Origin: Octopus bimaculoides | Lineage: Eukaryota | Length of the DNA stretch: 58,778 bases | Direction of reading: 5' to 3' | Assembly (NCBI RefSeq): GCF_001194135.2 | Contig: NC_068987.1 | Location: 89,898,252 to 89,957,029 of the forward strand | Notes under the pieces: generated by a model | Told to the model about the DNA's origin: nothing | What the model saw: only the letters and a program-made list of their open reading frames with translations | Database searches by the model: none | Program-made: the position numbers and the translations under genes | Shown here: positions 48,387-58,778 of the stretch, piece by piece | Numbering within the stretch: the first letter of the stretch is position 1 | How the letters are laid out: each line of letters opens with the position of its first letter

Positions 48387-50356
48387 ATATGAGTATATAT
48401 GCATTGTGTGTGTGTATACGCGTATGTACATACGCAAAATGCGAACATCTGTGTGTGGATATGCATATATATTACTATATTTATATATTGTTTACATATA
48501 CATCTTAAAGATCGACATAGCTATGAAAAATGTATCATCCTTATGCATTCGTGTGTGTTTGTCTGCAATAATATGATTACAAAAAGATGCGCTAGAGACA
48601 CACTAGAAAACCCTAATGACTATATTGTAGTAACATAGTTTCTTAAATCTTAATTATCCCAAAACAGTTTTAAATTTCTTAATAGATATCTCATAAACCC
48701 CTCACCAATTTGAACCTCAATCGGATCGATGATGTGTGACCAACTGGTTTATATAGAAACATTTGTAGTGAATATTAAAACAACAAAATCGAATTTCCTT
48801 TGACAAACCTTTTACACATTTACTTCTACTCATAACTAAATCCCAAACAATAAAATCTCCTTATCAAACCAAAATAAAGCTCCACATAATAAAATTTCCA
48901 TCACCCCTTCTTACACAACTATTTCTCCATTCTGCTGCACCTAATTATCATTTTACATAGCTCCATCTACTAAAAAACGCAATTCTATAATATGTATAAT
49001 TAATAATATATATTCCATAAATACGAATGGCAAAGAAATTATTCAATAAACAACCGTTTATTCTATGTTTGGGTCCAACCCTAACTCTCATCCTCAGCCA
49101 TTGTTTTCTCCCCTCCTATTCTCGTTTTCCTTTATTCACATATTCTGTTTCCTTTCATTATAATTTATAATTTTTCCCCTTTTTCATCCCGTACAATAAA
49201 TCATTAAGTGAATGTCCTATACTTAACAATCCAACATATCTCAGTTTCAAAAGACGTCACTTTACCATTCAAGTTGACATTGCACTGTATATACCCAACA
49301 CATAAATCAAGCCCAAACATATAAGCAGTGCCTAAGACTTGCAGTCTAAGGAAACTGGCCCACGGTGAAGCTTCAGTCACTTTCAGCCTTTCCTAGTAAA
49401 AATGATATATGTATGTATATATATATGTGTGTGTATGTGTATGCACACACACATACATGAGACGAAGCAATTTTTGCAGAGAATAGTTCAAGCTCTCACA
49501 AATAAAAGCAGCGAAGAAGAATATTCCTCCGTGCATTAAGACGGAACATGTAAATAAAAAAGAAAACCTTTCTTTTCTTTTAAAAAAACTTTATTGTATC
49601 CAATTGTTAATATAACTCAATGTTACTCAACTTTCACTCATGTTATGAAATTCATCGAACATTTCAACTTACATTACTGTCTATTTCTGTAAAACTTAAT
49701 GAAAATTAGAATTCGTATGAACATTTGATCTTTTAAGAATGTTTTTCTGAATTTTCCCTAATACCTTCAATCTCTCCTAAACTTATTTTATTTACCATTG
49801 AAAAACAAAACAAAAAATAATGCCGAAACCGGTTTGGTATTTTAATAAACCTGTTACAAAATTTAAAAACGACCACACATGTTAAAACCCTGGTGCATTT
49901 TCAACCCCCATAACTAAATTTCCTCTGTGTGTGTGTGTGTGTGTGACTTTGTGTCTATGTTTGTCCTCCACCACCGCTTAACAACTGGTTTTGGTGTGTT
50001 TACGTCCTCATAAATTAGCAGTCCGGCAAGGAGACTGATACAATAAATATCATGCTTTAAAAAAGTCTTACGGTCGATTCATTCAACAAAAAATTCTTCA
50101 TTGTGGTGCCCCAGCATGGCCGCAGTCTAGTAACTGAAACGATATATACACATACATACGTACATGTGTGTGTATGTGTAGCTGTAGAAACCTTGCCAGA
50201 TCAGATTGGAGCCTGGTACAGTCTTCTGGGTTACCAGTCCTCAGTCAAACCGTCCAACCCATGCCAGCATGGATGGGGGACGACGACGACGACGATGATG
50301 ATGATAATGATGATGATGATGATTATNNNNNNNNNNNNNNNNNNNNNNNNNNNNNN

Positions 50357-50403
<47 letters not shown>

Positions 50404-51639
50404 GCACCAAGCAACTTTAAATGAAATATAGTCATGTGCAATCATATTTAACAGGATTCCTTACACTCGCTCATGGAAAGACAATTCGCAGCATGAACTG
50501 TCTTAGAAGACCAAACCCGCTCCGGCAGATTTACGATAAAAGACGTTACAGCCATGGCCTCCCGATCTTTTATTAATAGTTCTTATCTTTTATAAGAAGT
50601 AATAGTTGAGGGAGATATATCTGTTGTTTCTAGAAGGTGGAGCAGGTGCATTGAATCGTTCTCGTCATCTCGGTCAGATTAAAGTACATCTGAAATAATT
50701 AACTTCAGATGTAATTGACCTTCAGAATCAATTTTCCTATACTCAGCTCAGAAAGGCTGCAAGTAACTAAGCCAATAGAGATTGATGAAGCTTAACGCCA
50801 TTGCATTAGGTCTGTAGTCAAGAAACTAACAGTAAAATACGTAGCTTTGTTCGCTCATCATCAATCGTTTCCGTTATTGTTGTTATTGTTTGGGACCAGG
50901 TTAGCACAGAATGGGTAGAACTATGATTAAAACGAGTTTCGATCATAAAATCGGACGTGAGAATGCCGAATAATCAGAATATTAAAAGCTTGAAAAATCG
51001 AGTATTTCAAAACAACGAATTTTGAAAGATTTTTAGAGGAAGATAATACGAAAATCGACCTTTAAAACATCGACCGTTTAAAAGGGAATTTATTATAGAA
51101 ATATCTTGTGAGATATTTACTATTTTTTTCTTTCTTTTTATAATGCTACATCAGAATTATTTTTGAAGTAAAACGGAAATCATTTGAGGAACATAGTGTA
51201 ACATTTTACCATTGTAATTGTTGTCAAAATAACAATATCATGCGAAATATGGTGGTAATATTTACCTGCAAAATAATAATTCTTTCTGCTTTTGGTCAAC
51301 AATTATGAGGGTAGAAACAAGTTGATACAATCAACTCCAGTACTCGGCTTGTACTTTATTTTATCAACCCCGAAAAGATAAAAAGATGAATTGACACTGG
51401 CAGAATTTGAACTCAGAAATCTGGAGTAAATACCGCATAGCATTTTCCGATGATCTAACGCTTCTGCCAGCTCGTGTATTGTAGGGATTCGACAGTGAAA
51501 ACTGAAATACTTTGTTCTTGAAATTCTCTCGTACCAGAAGTTGAATTTTGAAAGACAAGTACACTCGCTTAACTCCCCTTTCCTTCAATATTTCGTTTCA
51601 TAATACCGATATATAACATTCAACCTGTTTTAAGCCGAT

Positions 51640-52404
51640 GGTGATTGGCATTGTTTGAAAGCACAGTGTTCCAGAGGAGTTTCGGATCAGGACCTCTGAA
51701 TACCTTTCAGAAATCCTTGGCCTGGCAATGCTACCGAGTGGGGTGGGGGTAGATGTATTGCCGGTTCGGGATAAACTCTATACGTATGGAAGTGCCATCA
51801 TCTGGGTTTGCCGAGATGCGGTTAGAGCGACGAAGCTTCTGCACCCCCTCGTCCAGTGCCCGAGTATTGTTGACTTGTGGGCATATGTCGATCACCTGCT
51901 GTAGGACGGATCCGGCTATTGGATGAGTCCGTCGTGAAGATCACCCGTCGCCTTCTTTTGGCCGGGAACAGTAGGCAGTTTTTTTATCCGGTAATCTTAG
52001 CGAAAAAGGTTGTGTGATGGACCAGGTTGAAAAGGCTGAAGACAAACACTTTCCCCTTTAGCCAAACATTAATCAATTTTTTCAAGTTTCACTTGAAGAG
52101 GAAAGTGAGGGTAGAGAAGGAAGTGCTGCCTCCTAGTAATTTTGTTAAAAGGTGGGCAAATGTAGTGAGTGTAACCCGAGTGAACGGGTCAACTCTAAGC
52201 ACGCGCCTATAGATCGTGGGTAGATGAAGAGGAGAGGGCACTCACCCTAGAGGTCTTTAGAAGTCTCCCGCTTGGTTATTTTAATTTTTAGAATCTTAAT
52301 TCCTATTTTTTTTTACACATTTCAATCTCTCTCTATATGTATTGGATTGTCCTGTACCGTCCCCAATCTTTTTATATGAACCCTCATTGGTTAATAAAGA
52401 AAAG

Positions 52405-52410
<6 letters not shown>
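51640..52410 (+). mobile_element. Tx1/L1-clade ORF2 3' end (C-terminal zinc-finger region) with 3'UTR
   Basis: LPVRDKLYTYGSA, LVQCPSIVDLWAYV, FFKFHLKRKVRVEKEVL...FVKRW; aataaa followed by a tail. Confidence 0.7.
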
Positions 52411-52473
<63 letters not shown>

Positions 52474-52489
52474 GTTGTTGTTGTTGTTG

Positions 52490-52870
52490 AGGCGGCGTGC
52501 TGGCAGAAACGTTAGCACGCCGGGCGAAATGCTTAGCGGTATTTCGTCTGTTTTTACGTTCTGAGTTCAAAATCCGCCGAGGTCGACTTTACCTTTCATC
52601 CTTTCGGGGTCGATAAATTAAGTACCAGTTGCGTACTGGGGTTGAACTAATCGACTGGCTTCCTTCCCCCAAAATTTCGGGCCTTGTGCTTAGAGTGGAA
52701 AAGAATCGTTAGCATGTTGGGTGAAATACTTAGCAGCATTTCGTCCGTCTTTACGTTCTGAATTCAAAATCCGCCGACGTCAACTTTGCCTTTCACCCTT
52801 GAGTAATGGGGTTGATGTAATTGACTACGCCCCTCATTCATATTTTAAGCCTTGTGCCTTTTGTAGAAAG
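52490..52870 (+). mobile_element. Two tandem family A SINEs after long (TTA)n
   Basis: Copies at 52490-52704 and 52705-52870. Further family A copies lie at 36690-36865 (-), 51300-51475 (-) and 58383-58577 (-). Confidence 0.85.
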
Positions 52871-53156
52871 GATTGTTATTCTTATTCAGTAGTCTTATTT
52901 TTATCACGTGCTTTCACTGCACTACCGAGCGCAGCTCTGTGTGCCTTGGGTATGTGCTATTATTATTATTATTATTATTATAAAATATAAGAGAAATTTA
53001 TAAAACTAATAATTCGGAAAGATCATTAAATATGCACCAAGGAACATTTACTCATCAATATATTCTATTCATTGCCAACACACGATATCCATTACATTAG
53101 GTTCAGCTTATCTATCAATAAACTCAGGTGTTTAACTATACGGATATACATGCACA

Positions 53157-53223
<67 letters not shown>

Positions 53224-53238
53224 GTACATATATACTAC

Positions 53239-53596
53239 GGCACTCCGTCGGTTACGACAAGTAGGGTTCCAGCTGATCCCGATCAACGGAACAGCCTGCT
53301 CATGAAATGCTGAGCACTCCACAGACACGTGTACCCTTAACGTAGTTCTTAGGGAAATTCGCCATCACACAGAATGTGACCAGGCTGGCCCCTTTGAAAT
53401 ACAGGTGCAAGAGAAACAGGAAGGAATAGTGAGAGAAAGTTGTGGTGAAAGAGGTTCGCTACCACACTCTGCCGGAGCCTCGTGGAGCTTTAGGTGTTTT
53501 CGCTCAATAAACACTCACAACGTCCGGTTTGGGAATCGAAACCGCTATCCTACGACAGCGAGTCCGCTGCCCTAACAACTGGACCATTGCACCGCC
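53239..53596 (-). mobile_element. SINE family B
   Basis: Reverse complement of 7478-7863 with small deletions. Confidence 0.85.
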
Positions 53597-53854
53597 ATAC
53601 ATATACATATATATACATGTATATACATATATTTATATATACATATACATATATATATAGAGATAGATAGATAAACATATATTTTTTTAATATAACCACA
53701 TGTAAGATCGTTGGCGATTTTTTCCTCCGTCTTCCTTTTCTGTTGGACTTTACTCTGCTTCTGAAGAAGAGCTTTGCTCGAAGCGTACCCGGGAATTCCC
53801 GGGAAAGCGGGGCTTATCCCTTGGTTCTGTTCTCATAATTGTTTCGCTAATTCA

Positions 53855-54220
53855 GTAACAACAATACAAAGTACGTAGCCCTTAAAACAGTTTTTGTGCA
53901 TTTACAGAGACTACCAAATTGTCTTACACAGGATCTTGTTTTTAAGAATTCCCAATAGGTTATGAATATCCAAACAGTGAAGTCAGTTATGTAATAACAT
54001 GAAACTAGTTGCCCGATAGTAAGAATTCAAGTAAAATAGACCCGAAAAGGGCTTTAATGTATTTGCAGAGTATATAGAACTTAGGAGGAAATATTAATAA
54101 GGTATGTATACAAAAATCATGAAGCATGTTACGTAATAACAGGCTAATCAGATACGAGATAATAACAATTCAAAGTAAAAAGCTCTGAAAAGAGCTTTTG
54201 TGCGTTCGCAGAGAATATTA
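53855..54220. repeat. Old ~145-160-bp tandem triplication (one partial unit)
   Basis: aat(a/t)caa(a)gta...tttg(t)g..tt.(g/a)cagag recurs at ~53864, 54023 and 54167. Confidence 0.6.
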
Positions 54221-56326
54221 CCCTCAGTGGCGCTAGTTTTGGTATATTCGTGAATAAGTCACAAACTGAAATAAGTGGATCTATTGCTTAGGGAAATACT
54301 AGTTACTTGTTTAAGGGGTGTACTGGATAAATTGCGAAAATAACTCTAACAGTTCAAATACTAAGAAATAAGCATACTCAATTTCATTTATACCAAATGA
54401 TTTAGGAATATGAATGGGTTATTTCCCTTGGCTTTTAAAATAAAATATATTTATATATAAGGACCCCTTCCAGGGGCCCTATTATCGATTTTGTCTACAA
54501 CCTGAGAAGACCATGAGGTTTTCAGACATGAGTTAAGATGAAACTTTCTCTGAAAAGTTATTTTTTCTGGCTAGAAAAGTCCAGTTTGAAAGGTTTAAGA
54601 ATCTCTTGAAATTGCACAAAATAAAAACGACTCGTGAAGCTGTTTTCATTTTCACATAGCAACTCGTATTTCCGTTACTCGTTGCATAAAGCGATGGCAC
54701 TAAATTATTCATTTTTACTGAACTCTCTGCTGAAATGTTCCCCACAAAAATGATCTACTGTTTGATCAGCTATATTTGTTTCTATTATTCCTGTATAGTA
54801 TATGCGTGTATGTGAAAAACACACATTAATCATTGAACATCTACCAATATAGTACACGTAGTGACATGTTTTATAACAATAGACATGCGTTAACGGATGA
54901 GCAAACGCTTGCATTATGCTAAAACAAAAGCTACAGATATGTCATTTCCAATAACTAATCAACTTCTACCCTCGTTATTAATTGTCAAACTCTATCATCG
55001 TTTTAGATTACGTTTATTCTTTACTTCATTATGATCTATTATCGATTACATCAATAGAAACAATTGAAACCAACACCACTCGATATATACACACATTTAC
55101 TTACGTCACAATGATACCAACAATCAAGCAACGCTGTGTATGATATTTATTTGATGTGAGAAAGAAACGACCAACCACCAACCACACCAATATGGATTTC
55201 TTTTAAATAAGGCAACTTGCCCTGGAATATATGGTTAATAGATCAACACCTTTGTGTCAGTTTACTACAGGTATAGCACCGTCTTTCCAGGCATTGATGG
55301 TCCGGAATTTCTTGTAACCTGCACTAATTTACTCTAATGTACAGATATCTGTATTTCATTTAATTACCTAAGTACATTAAATATATGCTTAATTTAGAGT
55401 GCGCTCAGAAACATCAATGATTCGGAAAGGTTTTAGAACCAAATGTTGTAGGTAATCGATGCTGTACTTGTATACTATTAATATAGTATAAATGTTTCGT
55501 AACGAATTCGCTACCGTAAATTCTCGGAATGCAAACAAGCAATAAGTCTTAACTCAAATTTTCATCCGGTATTACCAAAGAAAGAAGAAAATAAAACAAA
55601 ATGAGTAGGATACTTATTTCCAAGAGGTGAAATTCCAATCCTTGTTCTCGTACGAAGAAGTTTTGTTTCAAAAAAAGCAAAAAAAGTTATTTTTCTTGTT
55701 ACACGCGGCCACAAATGAAAGTACGGTTTATCATCACGTGCTTTCTTCGAGGGTAACTCTGGCTTGCGTCACTGACGTTAATGTAATAAACTTTTAGTGT
55801 AATATATTACTTTTTTTTTTACCGATATATTATAGTGAACCGTTATGAAATAACAAGTACTACGTTTTTTGTCGGTTTTGGTAGATTTTTTCGTCGATTT
55901 AGGGAATCTATTTTGGTTGTTTCATAAGCACGAAAAGCACGTCTTTCCACAACGAAACCGGAAGCACAATGTATACTGTATATATAATCAAATACATGCA
56001 TGCCACTGGTCACTCTCATTTTTTCATCTGAATTCATATTTAAGTTATGCAAATTACCTACGCCTTAACCGAGTTCTACTATTTTTTTTTTGTATAAGTG
56101 TAAATCCTTTGGCCACTGGAGATAAGGTCGGACAACTGTCGTGCTGACAACGGTTATTGAGTCAGAAACATGTATCCACGACTGTCCTCTTATCATCAGG
56201 CAATAAGCTTGCTTCTTTTCTTCATGCTATGGCAGTTTGAGAGAAATTCTTGATTTTCGAGATTATCTCCCCTTTTCAAGTGGAGCTGGTTTTATTTGTT
56301 ATTTAGTAATTTTGATACCTCCTCCA

Positions 56327-56480
56327 GCTGTGTGGTAAGTAGCTTGCTTACCATCCACATGGTTCCGGATTCAGTCCCACTGCGTGGCACCTTGGGCAAG
56401 TGTCTTCTACTATAGCCTCGAGCCGACCAAAGCTGAGGGAGTGGATTTGGTAGACAGAAACTGAAAGAAGCCCGTCGTAT
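56327..56480 (+). mobile_element. SINE family C
   Basis: Homologous to 46590-46748. Confidence 0.85.
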
Positions 56481-56745
56481 ATATATACGTCCCCGTAACT
56501 TAGTGGTTCGGCAAAAGCGACCAGTAGAATAAATACTAGGCTTACAAAGAATGTCCTGTGGTCGATTTGCTCGACTAAAAGGTGGTGCTCCAGCATAACC
56601 GCAGTCAAATGACTGAAACAAGTAAAAGAATAAAAGAATTTATGTTGCATGATATTTGATAGACTTGTATTTGTCTCTTCATTTGCCTGCCACTGGTCAC
56701 CTGACCACACTGTTTGGTCTCTTAAATCATGTTTGCTTATATATA

Positions 56746-57144
56746 CGAGAGAAAGTAAAAATTATCTGCACTTTCATCATAACATATCTTTATTATTGTC
56801 ACACTGCCTTCTGCGCATGCGTGCTTATAGTTGGTACTATTGTGGTTACGTGATCGAAGTTTGAGCCTAGTTGCACCATTTTTCTTTCTGGCTTTACAGT
56901 ATAAGCATGGCTTCTCCACTAACAATGTACACCAAAGAAGAACAAAAAGCAGTGATCTGATTTCTCTGGTCGGACGGTGTGTCAGGTGCTGAAATTCATC
57001 GGAGGCTTTTAGCATAGTATGGGAACGCTCGTCAACCTCCACCACTGACGAGAAGATTCAGCAAACTCGAAAGATGGTAATGGTGAATCGGCGAGTTACC
57101 ATTGATGAGGTAGCTCGTTCTCTGCAGATTAATCATGGTTCTGC
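56746..57144 (+). mobile_element. Decayed mariner 5' part running into a gap
   Basis: TA cgag... TIR-like start; TKEEQKAVI*FLWSDGVSGAEIHRRL and MVMVNRRVTIDEVARSLQINHGS. Confidence 0.8.
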
Positions 57145-58046
57145 NNNNNNNNNNNNNNNNNNNNNNNNNNNNNNNNNNNNNNNNNNNNNNNNNNNNNNNN
57201 NNNNNNNNNNNNNNNNNNNNNNNNNNNNNNNNNNNNNNNNNNNNNNNNNNNNNNNNNNNNNNNNNNNNNNNNNNNNNNNNNNNNNNNNNNNNNNNNNNNN
57301 NNNNNNNNNNNNNNNNNNNNNNNNNNNNNNNNNNNNNNNNNNNNNNNNNNNNNNNNNNNNNNNNNNNNNNNNNNNNNNNNNNNNNNNNNNNNNNNNNNNN
57401 NNNNNNNNNNNNNNNNNNNNNNNNNNNNNNNNNNNNNNNNNNNNNNNNNNNNNNNNNNNNNNNNNNNNNNNNNNNNNNNNNNNNNNNNNNNNNNNNNNNN
57501 NNNNNNNNNNNNNNNNNNNNNNNNNNNNNNNNNNNNNNNNNNNNNNNNNNNNNNNNNNNNNNNNNNNNNNNNNNNNNNNNNNNNNNNNNNNNNNNNNNNN
57601 NNNNNNNNNNNNNNNNNNNNNNNNNNNNNNNNNNNNNNNNNNNNNNNNNNNNNNNNNNNNNNNNNNNNNNNNNNNNNNNNNNNNNNNNNNNNNNNNNNNN
57701 NNNNNNNNNNNNNNNNNNNNNNNNNNNNNNNNNNNNNNNNNNNNNNNNNNNNNNNNNNNNNNNNNNNNNNNNNNNNNNNNNNNNNNNNNNNNNNNNNNNN
57801 NNNNNNNNNNNNNNNNNNNNNNNNNNNNNNNNNNNNNNNNNNNNNNNNNNNNNNNNNNNNNNNNNNNNNNNNNNNNNNNNNNNNNNNNNNNNNNNNNNNN
57901 NNNNNNNNNNNNNNNNNNNNNNNNNNNNNNNNNNNNNNNNNNNNNNNNNNNNNNNNNNNNNNNNNNNNNNNNNNNNNNNNNNNNNNNNNNNNNNNNNNNN
58001 NNNNNNNNNNNNTCTTTATCCCCTGCTTTTGTGTAAATACATTGAA

Positions 58047-58267
58047 AAAACAATTGCAGCGTGGAAGGTATTTATAAGTCATTTAAAAACACACAAAAAC
58101 CGTTAGATTCACTTCAAAATTTTAATTTAATTTGCCAAAATATTTTCGTCGCTTTGAGACCGCGACGAAAATATTTTGGCAAATTAAATTGAAATGTTGA
58201 AGTGAATCTAACAGTTTTTGTGTGTTTTTAAATGGCTTCTAAATACCTTCCACGCTGCAATTGTTTT
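58047..58267. repeat. Near-perfect fold-back palindrome (~106-bp arms, 9-nt loop)
   Basis: ...aaaatattttcgtcgc TTTGAGACC gcgacgaaaatatttt...; few mismatches between arms. Confidence 0.9.
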
Positions 58268-58720
58268 CGTTCCAGCACACGATCTCAGACCAGGTCACTT
58301 GCTATGCAAGTACATCTCCGTTATATATATATATATATATATATATACTACTACTTCTACTGCTAATAATAATAATAATAATCCTTTCTACTGTAGGCAC
58401 AAGACCTGAAATTTGGTGGGAGGAGTTAAGTCGACCCAGTACTGAACTGGTACTTATTTTATCCACCCCGAAAGGATGACAGGCAAAGTCGATCTGGGTG
58501 GAATTTGAACTCAGAAAATAAAGACGGCAGAATCATTTTGACCGGCGTGCTAATGATTCTGCCAGCTCACCACCTATAAAAATAAATAATAATAAAAATA
58601 ATGATGATGATGATGATGGTAATAGAGTATGTCACCATAGTTAGCTGTTGCCATGGATACTACTACATCACTTACCTCACTTCATGAATGCTTTTTTTAC
58701 TTTGCTGTGGTCTTTTTTTT

Positions 58721-58778
<58 letters not shown>

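Noticed and set aside
55250-55345. Short coding-looking frames on both strands (GYKKFRTINAWKDG / YSTVFPGIDGPEF)
   Set aside because: Too short, splice signals are ambiguous, and no family is recognised.

Overview
Eukaryotic, AT-rich, repeat-dominated genomic DNA with 12 N-gaps, many of them at microsatellites. The SINE repertoire looks like Octopus/coleoid cephalopod; this is from my recognition of the repeats, not a database search. Only one host coding exon is supportable: a minus-strand signal peptide plus Thr-rich mucin-like VNTR (ATG 17386, candidate phase-1 donor at 16008/16007, repeat interrupted by a gap). The rest is SINEs (several families, labelled A-E/G here), mariner relics, R4/Dong, Tx1/L1, CR1/L2 and Penelope-like fragments, MITEs and simple repeats. 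Two systems stand out. (1) Two divergent Tx1-like retroelements, one ORF1-only, are stacked at the same site just downstream of a mariner TATA box, suggesting target-specific insertion and promoter capture. (2) Six fold-back palindromes and several hammerhead-ribozyme-like motifs occur, including a tRNA-headed element carrying a hammerhead. All transposon ORFs are decayed. Almost all ORFs in the supplied track are microsatellite or gap artefacts. Repeat boundaries are approximate unless a TSD is given.
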